A stretch of 64,000 bases of DNA from an uncultured Ignavibacteriales bacterium (GTDB taxonomy: Bacteria > Zixibacteria > MSB-5A5 > GN15 > FEB-12). Where the stretch lies: positions 12,327 through 76,326 of the forward strand of contig CAZCZL010000007.1 of assembly GCA_964503315.1 (NCBI GenBank), written 5' to 3'. Position numbers and translations under genes: made by a program. Positions 1 to 10,488 of the stretch are shown here, in pieces. Position 1 is the stretch's first letter. Each line of letters opens with the position of its first letter. The notes below the pieces were generated by a model, which searched no databases, was not told the DNA's origin, and saw nothing but the letters and a program-made list of their open reading frames with translations.

Positions 1-145
1 TAATATCAAACGCCCGGAACCGGGCGATGAGGCGGCCGCCGGCTCCGATGAACCGCAGGTCCCGCCTATGCCGACCGACCGGGAGTCACTTCGCGAACGA
101 CTCAAACGAATTCCCCCTGAGGAATTCGGCAAGTTCTCGCTGTAG
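1..145 (+). CDS. 3' end of a probable bifunctional nuclease (DUF151/BFN-like) protein, truncated by window edge
   Basis: Frame from position 2 reads ...RESLRERLKRIPPEEFGKFSL* (TAG 143-145), resembling the 'L+PEDFGKY' C-terminus of this family; only the tail is visible. Confidence 0.5.
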   Translation, partial: NIKRPEPGDEAAAGSDEPQVPPMPTDRESLRERLKRIPPEEFGKFSL

Positions 146-146
146 T

Positions 147-1910
147 ATGCGACATCTGCTTTCTGTCTGGCTGATAGTCTGTCTGCCGTGGCTTGCTGTC
201 GCGGCCGACCAGAACGATTCGCCCGAATTGACCGCGCTCTCTGCTCAGGCGGAAGCCGCGCTCAAGGCCGGCAACTGGCTGGAGGCTAAACGTGTCACCG
301 AAGAACTGGCTACCCGCTTCGCGGATTCCCCGCGGCGCGACCAGTTCATCTTCGATCACGCGAAAGCAACCTACCACGGCGGTGATCTCACCGCTGCCGC
401 GACCGAGTTTTCGCAATTCATCACGCAGTTCCCCAAGTCAGCCTACATCCCTGCCGCGCACTATTTCCGCGCAGCCAGTTGGCACAGGCAGGGGAAACAG
501 GATGAAGCCGCGGTCGAGTACCTGCAGTCATACATCAGCGGCGCCGATGACAAACTCGCCGCGCTCATTGCCGATGGACTCGCCACCTTCGACCGTCCGC
601 ACCTCTCTATCGTTTTTTCGCAGGCCTCCACCGCGACCCTCAATGAAGAACGGCGCTGCGCCCTTATTCAGCAGGTCTCGACCTTGCTCATCGAGCGCCA
701 GCGCATGGACGATGCCGTCCTCATCTTGAGTCGTTGCGGCGAGACCGTCCCTGCTCAAGATGCCGGCGAACTGCTCCCCGAGATCATCCGTGTCGCGATC
801 TTCCTTCCGCTATCCGGTGAGTTCCAGCGTTATGGCGAAGAGATGCTCAACGGCGCGATGATCGCGCTCCAGAGCGAACCGACCGTTGCCAGGCGTGTCC
901 GTCTCATTCCGTTCGATACGCAGTCCGATCCGGTCATGGCCGGGCGCATCTGTCGTGAACTGGCGGAACTGAAATACGATGCCATCATCGGACCGCTTAC
1001 CTCCAATGAAGCCGCTGTCGCCGCGTCCGCGATGAATGACCACACTATCCCATTACTCATTCCAGCCGCAACCAGCGCTGGATTGACACTGTTGGGTGGA
1101 TCCGCCTTCCAGCTCTCACCGAATATTGAACTGCAGGGCATTCGGATGGCGGAGTATGCCCGCCGTGGTCTCAATGCCGACACCGCGCTCATCATCACGC
1201 CGACCGGATTTGATCATCTGCAGATCGGCCAGGCATTCGCCCAGCGTTTCGAGCAACTTGGCGGGACGATCCTCGGCGTTGAATACTATCGTTCAAGTGA
1301 TCGCGATTTCGGCGCCTACATCCACTCGGCGAAAAAACTCATTCTGCGTGGTCTGGATGAATCCGCCACCTACCTCGATGCCCGCGGTGATACGGTCGAG
1401 ACCGAAGCTATCCCCGCGCAGGTCGATGTTATCTTTCTCCCCGGCCCGACCGATCAACTGCGCCTGCTTGTGCCGCAGATGCGTTTCTACAACCTGACCG
1501 GTCAACTGCTCGGCTCCGATGGCTGGGGGAGCGAAGAGATCTACACGCTTGGTGATGATGTCATCCGTGGCGCGGTTTTCGCCTCGCCGTTCGTGCAGCC
1601 GGGACGCAATAAGCCGGCGTTCACCAAAGCGTATAATGATCGCTACACTGAACAACCGTCGCGCCTCGCCGCGCTGGGGTTCGATGCCGCCTCGCTTCTC
1701 TTGACCACCCTGGCCGAGAATCCGACGAGCCGTATCGAGTGGCTCACCGCTCTTGGTCAGACTCTCAATTTCAATGGCGCGGCCGGGACCATCAGTTTCG
1801 GGCACTATCGCGAGAATGTCGAACTTCCTCTCTATCGCATTCAATCCGGACGGCCCGAGCCGCTCTATCCGTCGCGCGGATTGACCGAAGGCTCCGGCGC
1901 CAACTGGTGA
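147..1910 (+). CDS. TPR + periplasmic-binding-protein fold protein (LpoA/LppC-like penicillin-binding protein activator family)
   Basis: Signal peptide from ATG 147 (MRHLLSVWLIVCLPWLAVAA); BamD-like TPRs; then 'IAIFLPLSGEF..YG' and 'AIIGPL' of type I PBP/LpoA C-domain; 'F.GAAGTISF' end. Confidence 0.75.
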   Translation: MRHLLSVWLIVCLPWLAVAADQNDSPELTALSAQAEAALKAGNWLEAKRVTEELATRFADSPRRDQFIFDHAKATYHGGDLTAAATEFSQFITQFPKSAYIPAAHYFRAASWHRQGKQDEAAVEYLQSYISGADDKLAALIADGLATFDRPHLSIVFSQASTATLNEERRCALIQQVSTLLIERQRMDDAVLILSRCGETVPAQDAGELLPEIIRVAIFLPLSGEFQRYGEEMLNGAMIALQSEPTVARRVRLIPFDTQSDPVMAGRICRELAELKYDAIIGPLTSNEAAVAASAMNDHTIPLLIPAATSAGLTLLGGSAFQLSPNIELQGIRMAEYARRGLNADTALIITPTGFDHLQIGQAFAQRFEQLGGTILGVEYYRSSDRDFGAYIHSAKKLILRGLDESATYLDARGDTVETEAIPAQVDVIFLPGPTDQLRLLVPQMRFYNLTGQLLGSDGWGSEEIYTLGDDVIRGAVFASPFVQPGRNKPAFTKAYNDRYTEQPSRLAALGFDAASLLLTTLAENPTSRIEWLTALGQTLNFNGAAGTISFGHYRENVELPLYRIQSGRPEPLYPSRGLTEGSGANW

Positions 1911-1978
1911 CCCGCATGCGTCTGGGCCGATTCACCTGGTTCACCGTATAACCAACTGGACTCATAGAGAAAGCTGTT

Positions 1979-2185
1979 ATGGACGAAAAGAAAGTTGCGA
2001 TCAGGATGGTGGTCGATGGCAAGGAGCGCGAAGTTTCCTTCGAGGAACTCTCCCTCTCCAACAACCTCGCGCTCGAAGCGCTCGCCCGCCTGATGATAGA
2101 GAAAAAACTGCTTGAACCAAAAGACCTGCTTGAGATGATGGAGCGCGTCAAAAAAGAACGCTACCGTCCGGAGCCGGGCGCGTAA
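1979..2185 (+). CDS. small conserved hypothetical protein (68 aa)
   Basis: Compact ORF with host codon usage, co-directional in operon. Confidence 0.7.
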   Translation: MDEKKVAIRMVVDGKEREVSFEELSLSNNLALEALARLMIEKKLLEPKDLLEMMERVKKERYRPEPGA

Positions 2186-2188
2186 CCA

Positions 2189-2665
2189 ATGACCTCGGCC
2201 AGCGACCAGACCAATCAATCATCTGAAACGACCGACCAGCCAGTCGGACGGTCGGTCTCGTGGAAGATCCATCCGGTAAAACGGAAACCCTGGGTCTCCG
2301 CCATGGTGACTCTGGTCGTGCTGATGTTCTCATTCCTCGTCTATGTCTCGACCGAGTCGGCCTTCTTCTGCGTATTGTCGCTCGTCGTGCTGTTCGCCTC
2401 GCTCGCGAAATTCTACATGCCGACCAGCTACACCCTGACCGAGAAAGAGGTCATTGTCAAGACCACGACACAGACACTCAAGAAAGAATGGTCGCTCTAT
2501 CGAAGCTGGTGGCCGGACAAAAACGGCATCCTGCTTTCGCCGTTTGTCGAACAGTCGCGCCTGGAGAACTTCCGCGGCCTCTATCTGATCTTTGGCGATA
2601 ACCGCGAGGAAGCGACTTCGTTCATCAAAGAACATATCGCGCCGCGGACCGGGGGAGAGGCATGA
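2189..2665 (+). CDS. hypothetical membrane protein (two TM helices, PH-like C-terminal part)
   Basis: Two hydrophobic segments at aa ~37-75; overlaps next gene by ATGA. Confidence 0.7.
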   Translation: MTSASDQTNQSSETTDQPVGRSVSWKIHPVKRKPWVSAMVTLVVLMFSFLVYVSTESAFFCVLSLVVLFASLAKFYMPTSYTLTEKEVIVKTTTQTLKKEWSLYRSWWPDKNGILLSPFVEQSRLENFRGLYLIFGDNREEATSFIKEHIAPRTGGEA

Positions 2666-3126
2666 GCTGGCTCGGCAATGATCCCATTCCGAACGAAGGA
2701 AAAGATATCTTTCCCGAGGAGGAACTGGCCGTCATCGAAAAAGTGGCCAAGAAGGTGGTCGAAAAAGGAATGACCGTCCCCGCCATCGTTTTCCTCGAAT
2801 CGGTCAAGCCGCTCAATTTCATCTCCGCGCAGGCGATGATCTTCTTCGAGCCGATCGTCCAGACCGTCTTTAATCTCCGGGATTACGACGCGTTCCGCTC
2901 CGCGCTCGAAAAACGACCCAGTATCGAAATGCTCATCCAGCGTATCGAAGCGATGGATGCCGAAGCGTCGGTCCGCGAGAAGCGCGTCAAGAAGTTCATG
3001 AAAGAAGAGCGCAAGAAGTGGAACTGGTACCAGCGCTATCTGGGAGTTTTTACGCCGAAGGTCGTTATCCCCGACGAGATCCTCAATCCGCCGAAAGCGG
3101 AGCCCAAAAAAAACGACGGCCAGTAG
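2662..3126 (+). CDS. conserved hypothetical protein
   Basis: GGGGAG RBS, ATGA overlap, 'PAIVFLESVKPLNFI.AQAMIFFEP' segment. Confidence 0.7.
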   Translation: MSWLGNDPIPNEGKDIFPEEELAVIEKVAKKVVEKGMTVPAIVFLESVKPLNFISAQAMIFFEPIVQTVFNLRDYDAFRSALEKRPSIEMLIQRIEAMDAEASVREKRVKKFMKEERKKWNWYQRYLGVFTPKVVIPDEILNPPKAEPKKNDGQ

Positions 3127-3168
3127 GCCGCCGTCTATTCAACAGGTCAGTGATCTCCACGACACTGA

Positions 3169-3795
3169 CTACTTCTTCTGTATCTCCTGCAATTGCGACA
3201 GCTGATAGACCTCTATCGAGCGGGCCAGCGTGTCGGCATACGGCGACCGCATCTGCTTGAGGAAATCAAGTTCCGCCTGGGCCCGTTTCAGCTCATGCAT
3301 TGCCAGGTAGGTCTCGCCGCGATATTCGCGCGCCTGCGCGAAATCCGGCTTGAGCGCAAGCGCCTCATCATATGCCGCCAGTGATTTTGCCAGGTCCCCC
3401 ATTTTGCGCCAGCAGTACCCGAGATAATTGTGCGCATCGGGCATCAGCGGATTAAGTTCAACTGCCTTATTGAACTTCTCGATCGCCTTCTCGTATTCTT
3501 TGCGCGCCTTGGCGTCCGAGGTCGCCCGGTAGTTGTAGGCGTAGAGCGAATCCCCTTTGATCCCTATGTCACGCGCTTTCTCGACATGCTTCACGCCGTC
3601 GTTGTATTCGCTGGTCGCTTTCTTGAGATTATCGGCGGCTTGCTCTTCGGGAGTTTTTTCACCCCCGCCGATCGCCATGGCGGTCGAGGAAAGAAGGATC
3701 ATGCTGAGAACTACGACGGCCGACGCCAAGGTGGCGCGAGTAACCACCCCGACCCGACCGGCGAGATTTGCGTAACATGAAAAGGCGCGTCGCAT
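3169..3795 (-). CDS. secreted tetratricopeptide repeat protein
   Basis: Signal-like N-terminus; TPRs 'AHNYLGYCWRKMG', 'AREYRGETYL'; exact start uncertain. Confidence 0.75.
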   Translation of the reverse strand: MRRAFSCYANLAGRVGVVTRATLASAVVVLSMILLSSTAMAIGGGEKTPEEQAADNLKKATSEYNDGVKHVEKARDIGIKGDSLYAYNYRATSDAKARKEYEKAIEKFNKAVELNPLMPDAHNYLGYCWRKMGDLAKSLAAYDEALALKPDFAQAREYRGETYLAMHELKRAQAELDFLKQMRSPYADTLARSIEVYQLSQLQEIQKK

Positions 3796-3850
3796 GTTAC
3801 AGACAACACGCGTCCGCGCAAAATGGTTCCGATAAGTCTATCTTGATGAT

Positions 3851-6460
3851 TTACTTGATGATAACCAGTTTCCCCATCTGCACCGAGCCGTCCGGCGCCT
3901 CCACTGTCCAGTAATACAGCCCCGACACCACCGCCTGTACATTCCGGTTTATCAGATCCCAGGTTTCGTATCGCGAATTGGGGTCGTCCGGGTCGACATC
4001 GTGTCGCAGTTCCCGCACCAGATCCCCATCCAGAGAATGAATTCGTATCGTACACTTCGGCGGGACATTCACGAAATGTATCCGCCGCTCTCTATCCGCA
4101 ATACGATCCGAGCCGCGCCCTTCGTAACCGGCGTCACGATAGTGCGCGTCGATTCGATACGGATTCGGATAGATATAGACCGGCGGCAACACCGAGTCCG
4201 CCTGGGCTTCGTCGGCGTACGGATAACAATTCTTGATGCCGGTCATTTTCGAGGTCTCAAGCGCGGGAAGTTCGACTTTGGGCGAGCCGTAATCATATGC
4301 CGTAATGTTGATATAATATGGCACGGTCGGCAGAAGGTCACGTATGATGCACTCATACTCGTAATATTTGAGATTTCCTTCCGGCGTCAGATCCTCCGCG
4401 GTGACCGTATCCAGTGGCCCGGGTCGACGCGCGTCCGGATACACTCGCTTGATTGGGGTCTGCAGACCCATCTGATAAACATTATGGTCGTGGGGGGTAA
4501 AACAGAAGAGAGAATCTAAAGAATATTTGTACTGATACGGATTGACCCGCGTGTAGGCCAATGGATCGAACAGCGAGTCATGGCACGGGTCGTTGCCGCG
4601 ACCATACAGGCACCGAATTTCATCAAGCGTCATCGGAATATCCTGTATCTCAAAATCCCCCGCGGGCGGCACCAGCGGATTCCAGACCCACTTGTCGTAA
4701 TTGCGACGGTCGTACCCCGCAAGCAGAGACATCGATCCCTCCCGATCATCCCTCCCGAGCCAGATATGATATCCCTCGAAATCATATAAGCCGGAGAATA
4801 TATCCTTGGTCGTCTCCGAGCGTTGGCCGTTAAAGCGGATGCGGATCGCGTTCAACTGCGGCTCAACCCAGAACACCGGTGCCGGGGGCGGTTGCACTCC
4901 TCGCCAATCCGCCACACCGTCGCCGCGATGATAGGTCGTATCCGCAAGGCTGATCACCCACTGGCCGTCGATCAGGACAGAATCAAGTACACAAACTCGA
5001 TACTCTCCCGCGTAACCATCGGAATCGGTATCGACTCCCGGGTTGTCGAATATCCACTCCGCCCAGGTCGCGTTGAGCGCGATATCCTCGAACGATACAT
5101 CGTCATACCACTTGTTGGGCCACTTGTTGATCAGGTCATATCCGTTATCTGGATCGGTATGGAAATTCTCACCGGCAACATAAGCGAACGCGAGCGACAG
5201 CTGCGCGCCCGGCGCCAAGCGGAATGGTCCGAACGACAGCACATAATACGCGTCATCGCCATTGGCGAGCGAGTCCCGATACTCGTACGGTGGGAACATC
5301 CAGACCGGATCATCCGGCCAGATCGTGCTGACATACGCCTGGTCGTAATCCCACTCGCCGTTGCTCATCAGGTAGTATTTGTTCCGGTCGCCAAGTGGCT
5401 CGCCGGTCCCGCCGGTATGAAAATCGCGGAGCGGTTTCTCCTCGGTCGGCTTGTGACGTGGCCCGAAGTCATAATTGAGACTGTAATTGTTGACCCACCA
5501 GTTGTACGATATCTGTTGTGTCTCCTCTGGTATCTGAAGAAACCGTATCCCTTCTATCGAGGTCGGCGACTTGTTGCTTCCTTTCCGCACAAACTCGCCA
5601 TCGATCGGGTCACCGTCATTATCCACGACCCAGGCCAGCCCCAGCGTATCGATGAATCCGCATCCGCGCACTGACGGGTAGGTTCCCAAAAAACCACAGA
5701 TATCATCTTCGGAGATGTAAAAATGGTCTTCGGGCCAACTCGGCTGACCGCAGTCCTGGTCGGATTGGATGCCGATATACGCCTGTTCTATAAAGCTGTA
5801 GCCGATATTCGTTATTTTCACATCAAACAACACAAAATCTTCTGCATACGACACTGACCAAGCGTACGAACGTTGTTCTATCTCAAGATTGAGTGGCCTA
5901 TGTGGGCGATGATCAAGATGGTCAAGAATCCCAAGATATCCATAACCATGTTGGGCGGTAAAGGTGTCGACGGACCAGCAGATAAAATCTTCTTCAGATA
6001 GGGCCCCGATAGACTCCGGCGCTTCCGGGTCCGCAATCGATCGGTGAACAAGAGCGTGATTAGGGTCCCCGTCAAAATTGAACTCCCATCCTAATTCATC
6101 CCTGTCAATGAACCCGACCATAGAAACTAGGGTATCACCACCGAGGATGCCTCCAACCCAAAGACTTGCTTCGTTGAGATATTGAATGCCCGACCACCGG
6201 GGGTACTCGCCACCAGCTCCACGCCAATCACCAATAATGCACTGCTCGTCAGCATATTGATACATGCCACCGATCCACCCCGCCGCAATCCCTATCCCCA
6301 ACTTGCCGATCGAGTGCGAAGCGTCGCAATACTCGACTTCCTGCGCCGCGCGAAGCACCGGCCGCTTTAACGAGTCTGAAGCATCAGGGATGGGTCGGGC
6401 ATAGGAAGGCGAAGAGCCCAGTACCAGAAACAGCAGGAATGCAATCGTGGCGTGTCGCAT
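3851..6460 (-). CDS. large secreted protein with C-terminal FlgD-Ig/T9SS-like sorting domain
   Basis: Signal peptide; C-terminal 'VYIYPNPYR...IRIHSLDGDLVREL...WDLINRN.Q.VVSGLY...GKLVIIK'. Confidence 0.8.
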   Translation of the reverse strand: MRHATIAFLLFLVLGSSPSYARPIPDASDSLKRPVLRAAQEVEYCDASHSIGKLGIGIAAGWIGGMYQYADEQCIIGDWRGAGGEYPRWSGIQYLNEASLWVGGILGGDTLVSMVGFIDRDELGWEFNFDGDPNHALVHRSIADPEAPESIGALSEEDFICWSVDTFTAQHGYGYLGILDHLDHRPHRPLNLEIEQRSYAWSVSYAEDFVLFDVKITNIGYSFIEQAYIGIQSDQDCGQPSWPEDHFYISEDDICGFLGTYPSVRGCGFIDTLGLAWVVDNDGDPIDGEFVRKGSNKSPTSIEGIRFLQIPEETQQISYNWWVNNYSLNYDFGPRHKPTEEKPLRDFHTGGTGEPLGDRNKYYLMSNGEWDYDQAYVSTIWPDDPVWMFPPYEYRDSLANGDDAYYVLSFGPFRLAPGAQLSLAFAYVAGENFHTDPDNGYDLINKWPNKWYDDVSFEDIALNATWAEWIFDNPGVDTDSDGYAGEYRVCVLDSVLIDGQWVISLADTTYHRGDGVADWRGVQPPPAPVFWVEPQLNAIRIRFNGQRSETTKDIFSGLYDFEGYHIWLGRDDREGSMSLLAGYDRRNYDKWVWNPLVPPAGDFEIQDIPMTLDEIRCLYGRGNDPCHDSLFDPLAYTRVNPYQYKYSLDSLFCFTPHDHNVYQMGLQTPIKRVYPDARRPGPLDTVTAEDLTPEGNLKYYEYECIIRDLLPTVPYYINITAYDYGSPKVELPALETSKMTGIKNCYPYADEAQADSVLPPVYIYPNPYRIDAHYRDAGYEGRGSDRIADRERRIHFVNVPPKCTIRIHSLDGDLVRELRHDVDPDDPNSRYETWDLINRNVQAVVSGLYYWTVEAPDGSVQMGKLVIIK

Positions 6461-6845
6461 GATCCCCCGATCTGTGCGTTCGTGAACGAAATCCTCAGAC
6501 GACTATACGATAGAAACAGAGACGAATCAATCGGTTTTCCGTGCAACAATCCCCGCCATTCGACCATCCAAGCTTTCCAACGTTCCGGCAGGTCTTGCTT
6601 CGCGGCTATTTCTTCCGCTATCAGCCATGCGACAACCGATAGCCGCACTCGCCGCGAAGTGTGACCTGCCGGACCCCTTTTGCCCCCTCTACATGGGGGG
6701 AACAACCGCCCCAAACCCCGGTTATCTGTATAGTAATTATTATCTTGGCTGGATTGGGCCTCAGGGCTATATTTCAGGCCGGAAGTCCGGCTGTTCAGTT
6801 TTTGCACTGTCTGCCGATAAAGATAACACGTTCAAGGAGTTGAAC

Positions 6846-7160
6846 TTGAGTCAGGATTGGTTACTCCTGATGGCTGGCGACCCGAACTCACAGGGTTCGC
6901 CGCTGTTAATGATAGTATGGTTTGGGCTGATATTTCTGGTCATGTATTTCCTCATGATCCGGCCTCAGCGCAAACGCCAGAAAGAGCATGAAGCTCTGCT
7001 GAAAGATCTGAAGAAGGGTGACAAAGTCGTCACCAGCGGCGGGATGTTCGGAACGATATTCGCCATCGACGAAGAAAAAGGGCGTGTCGTTCTCAAGATC
7101 GGAGAGGAAGTCAAAATGGAGTTCCTCCGGTCATCCATCTCGGGTAAAGTAGACAAGTAG
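6846..7160 (+). CDS. yajC: preprotein translocase subunit YajC
   Basis: 'FLVMYFLMIRPQRKRQKEH...LKKGDKVVTSGGMFGTI'; AGGAG RBS before TTG 6846. Confidence 0.95.
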   Translation: MSQDWLLLMAGDPNSQGSPLLMIVWFGLIFLVMYFLMIRPQRKRQKEHEALLKDLKKGDKVVTSGGMFGTIFAIDEEKGRVVLKIGEEVKMEFLRSSISGKVDK

Positions 7161-7188
7161 TTTTTAGGAAAGTTTTTTAGGAGTTAGC

Positions 7189-7695
7189 GTGGCTGTTCGT
7201 CCGATCGTCACTTACGGCGACCCTGTTTTACGACAAGTCTCAGCGCCGGTCACAGAGATAGACCAGGCGGTCAAAGATCTGGTGTCGGATATGATCGACA
7301 CCGTGAAAAAAGCTCAGGGTCTTGGATTGGCGGCGGTACAAATCGGCGTGTTGAAGCGAGTCTTCATTGTCGACCTCTCTGCGGTCGACATCACTGCCAC
7401 CCTCACCGTTTTCATCAATCCGGAGATAATCGAAGCCACCGGCCAGGTTGAGCTGGAAGAAGGCTGTTTGTCATTTCCGGGGATCTACCAAAAATGTACC
7501 CGTCCCGCCAGAGTGCACGTGCGCGCTCTCGGACTCGATGGCAAACCGTTCGATATGACGGTTGATGGCCTGGCGGCACGAGCGATTTTGCACGAGTATG
7601 ATCACCTTGAGGGTAAGCTGTTCATCGATTACATCTCGCCGATAGCCAGGACGCTTTTGAAAGGGCGGTTGAGAAAACTCGCCGCCGCTTCGTGA
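7189..7695 (+). CDS. def: peptide deformylase
   Basis: Motifs GLGLAA.Q, EGCLS, HEYDH. Confidence 0.97.
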   Translation: MAVRPIVTYGDPVLRQVSAPVTEIDQAVKDLVSDMIDTVKKAQGLGLAAVQIGVLKRVFIVDLSAVDITATLTVFINPEIIEATGQVELEEGCLSFPGIYQKCTRPARVHVRALGLDGKPFDMTVDGLAARAILHEYDHLEGKLFIDYISPIARTLLKGRLRKLAAAS

Positions 7696-7784
7696 ATCTG
7701 ACCCGTCAGACTCTCTGAACCGGTCACTTGCCTTTGCATGTCGCCCTCATGCGACATCGGGCCGTCCAGTCATGCTCCACCTAC

Positions 7785-8744
7785 ATGAGAATTGTCTACA
7801 TGGGCACGCCGGAGTTTGCCCGGTTGCCGCTCGCGCATTTATGTGAGAGCCGGCATTCCGTGCTTGCGGTCGTCACCGGTCCTGACAAGGTCGCCGGTCG
7901 CGGTCACAAGCTTATCCAAACCCCGGTCAAACAGGAAGCCGAATCGCGCGGCATCCCCGTCCTGACTCCCGCTTCCCTCAAGGAGCCAGGACTGGACGAT
8001 GCGTTGCGTCAATTCAATGCTGACCTGTTTGTGGTGATCGCGTTCCGGATATTGCCTGCCAGGCTGTTTACTATCCCACGGCTTGGCTCCATCAATATCC
8101 ACGGATCACTCCTTCCCAGGTACCGTGGCGCGGCGCCTATCAACTGGGCGCTCATCAACGGCGAGACCGAAACCGGACTCTCCAGTTTCTTTTTGAAACG
8201 CGAGGTCGACACCGGGAATGTCATCGGTCAGGTCAAGTGTGCCATCGCTGATGACGACACGTATGATTCTCTGGCGGAGAAAATGAGCGCGATGGCCGGG
8301 CCATTCCTGCTCGACACGCTCGACGCGATCGAAGCAGGCAAAACCGACGGCATGCCGCAGAACGATGCCAAGGCGACCGCCGCTCCCAAGCTAACTCCTT
8401 TCAATTCGATGATCGATTGGGGATTCCCGTCGGTCAACATCCGCAACTTTGTGCGGGGTCTCTGTAGCAAGCCGGCGGCCTACAGCTACTTTCGAGGGAA
8501 ACGAATCAAGATCCTCGCGTGTGAACGCGCGGATGACATGGCGCAACCCGGTCTTCGACCCGGCACCGTCCTGCAGGATAAACGACGTCTCCTCGTCGCC
8601 TGCGGTCCCGGCGCGGTCGACATCACCCGGATCGTGCCCGAAGGGAAAGCGGAAATGTCCGGCGCCGCTTTCGTCAATGGCTTTAAACCTCTCACCACCG
8701 AGCTGTTCGGGGAGATCCCGCGCGGGGTGAAGGAGCATGAGTGA
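7785..8744 (+). CDS. fmt: methionyl-tRNA formyltransferase
   Basis: 'MRIVYMGTPEFA', 'INIHGSLLPRYRGAAPINWA'; follows def. Confidence 0.97.
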   Translation: MRIVYMGTPEFARLPLAHLCESRHSVLAVVTGPDKVAGRGHKLIQTPVKQEAESRGIPVLTPASLKEPGLDDALRQFNADLFVVIAFRILPARLFTIPRLGSINIHGSLLPRYRGAAPINWALINGETETGLSSFFLKREVDTGNVIGQVKCAIADDDTYDSLAEKMSAMAGPFLLDTLDAIEAGKTDGMPQNDAKATAAPKLTPFNSMIDWGFPSVNIRNFVRGLCSKPAAYSYFRGKRIKILACERADDMAQPGLRPGTVLQDKRRLLVACGPGAVDITRIVPEGKAEMSGAAFVNGFKPLTTELFGEIPRGVKEHE

Positions 8745-10294
8745 AAACTGAAATTCTTATCAACTCGACCGAGTACGAAAAACGACTGGCTATGCTCGAA
8801 GATGACAAGCTGGTCGAACTGCAGGTCGAACGGCCGGATACCGAACGGATGGTTGGCGATATTTACAAAGCCAAGATCAAAACCGTTCTCCCCGGCATGC
8901 AAGCCGCCTTCGTCGATATCGGCATGGAAAAAGCAGCCTACCTGCATTCCTCCGACATCGGCAAAGATTACGGCGGCCGAAGCTACGATTCCGAAGAACT
9001 GGATGACGATGAAGCCCCCGTGCAGGTGGTCCGCAAGACCCGCCGCGCCGGTATCGAAACCGTTCTGAAGAAAAACCAGGATATCCTGGTGCAGGTCATC
9101 AAGGAACCTATCTCCACCAAGGGCCCGCGCGTCGCGACCGAGATATCCATCCCCGGACGCTTCCTCGTGCTGGTTCCCGATGATGACCATATCCGCATTT
9201 CCAAACGCATCACCGATTGGGGGGAGAAGCGCCGCCTCAAAAAAGTGGTCGCGCCACTCCGCCCCGAAGGATTCGGACTGATTGTCCGGACCGAAGCTGA
9301 GGGGGTCAACGAAGAAGATTTCCGCGCCGATATCAAACGCCTCCAGAAACTCTGGGCGAAATTGAAACGAAAAGCGGATACCATGTCCGCCCCGGCGCTC
9401 ATCCACAAAGAAGCGGATATGATGGTCTCTATGATCCGCGACGTCTTCACCGACGATGTCTCTCGTGTGCTGGTCGACAATCGCGACGATTACAAAAAGG
9501 TTGTGCAGTTCGCCCGCCAGGTCGCGCCGCATCTCAAAGACCGCGTCCAACTCTACAAAGGAAATCAGCCGCTCTTTGACATGTACAATCTCGAAAACGA
9601 GATCGACAAGATGCTCTCGCGCAAGGTCTGGATCAAGAAAGGCGCTTATATCGTCATCGACCAGACCGAAGCGATGGTGACCATCGATGTCAACACCGGA
9701 CGGTTTGTCGGCGGCAAGGATCAGGAACAGACGATCTTCGAGACCAACTTGCAGGCGGCGCGTGAGATCGCGCGGCAGATCCGTCTCCGCGATATCGGCG
9801 GACTGATCATCTGCGACTTCATCGACATGTACTCCCGCGAGAACCGCCGCCGATTGTACGAAGATTTCAAACGTGCGTTCTCGCGCGACCGCGCCAAACG
9901 GGGCATCAACCCGGTCACCGAATTCGGCCTGGTCGAAATGACCCGCGAACGTGTCCGCCCGTCGCATATGCACACGCTCTCCGAACAGTGCCCGCACTGT
10001 CAGGGATTAGGGCGAATCGTCTCCAAAGAAAACCTGGCGACCAAGATCGAGCGATGGTTCATTCGCGCAAAAGCGGCGAAGAAATTCGACAAGTTCCACC
10101 TCATCGTCAATCCGAACCTCGCGGCGACGATGGCGGAATCCGGTGAGAACCGCGTGGAACGTCTGATGAAGGCGCACAAGTTCCGCATCAATCTGGTGCG
10201 CGATACCACTATGCCCCAGCACGAGTTCCATATCTACAACGCGGACGACAACGCCGAGATCACCGACCAGTACAAGGAGCAAAAGGGCGCCTGA
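8741..10294 (+). CDS. rng: ribonuclease E/G family (RNase G-like)
   Basis: S1 domain 'GDIYKAKIKTVLPGMQAAFVDIG', 'IDVNTG', 'IRLRDIGGLIICDFIDM', CPHC Zn-link. Confidence 0.95.
   Translation: MKTEILINSTEYEKRLAMLEDDKLVELQVERPDTERMVGDIYKAKIKTVLPGMQAAFVDIGMEKAAYLHSSDIGKDYGGRSYDSEELDDDEAPVQVVRKTRRAGIETVLKKNQDILVQVIKEPISTKGPRVATEISIPGRFLVLVPDDDHIRISKRITDWGEKRRLKKVVAPLRPEGFGLIVRTEAEGVNEEDFRADIKRLQKLWAKLKRKADTMSAPALIHKEADMMVSMIRDVFTDDVSRVLVDNRDDYKKVVQFARQVAPHLKDRVQLYKGNQPLFDMYNLENEIDKMLSRKVWIKKGAYIVIDQTEAMVTIDVNTGRFVGGKDQEQTIFETNLQAAREIARQIRLRDIGGLIICDFIDMYSRENRRRLYEDFKRAFSRDRAKRGINPVTEFGLVEMTRERVRPSHMHTLSEQCPHCQGLGRIVSKENLATKIERWFIRAKAAKKFDKFHLIVNPNLAATMAESGENRVERLMKAHKFRINLVRDTTMPQHEFHIYNADDNAEITDQYKEQKGA
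10256..10294 (+). repeat. 39-bp direct repeat, copy 1 (last 13 codons of rng)
   Basis: GAGATCACCGACCAGTACAAGGAGCAAAAGGGCGCCTGA, identical to 12891-12929. Confidence 0.97.
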
Positions 10295-10321
10295 GCTGTC
10301 CCCCACTACTCTGAACTTTTC

Positions 10322-10358
10322 GACCCATCTGACTTCGCTCAGGCGGGTCTTTTCTTTT
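10322..10358 (+). terminator. intrinsic terminator downstream of rng
   Basis: Hairpin GACCCATCTGA..TCAGGCGGGTC followed by T-rich tract. Confidence 0.7.
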
Positions 10359-10488
10359 GACCTGTGGTGGACGGCTCTGGGATAATCCGGCGTCCGGCCG
10401 AATGACCACGACCGGCAAATGGGTTGTTTTTGGAGGAAAATATAGTATATTATAGCCACATTACTTACACTATCCAGCCGGGGTATGT

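Noticed and set aside
8486-9997. 503-aa antisense ORF, and similar shadows at 4823-5674, 20713-21546, 41115-42173, 51150-51848 and 62592-63506
   Set aside because: Each lies opposite a well-supported gene; long antisense frames are expected with this codon bias and show no motifs.
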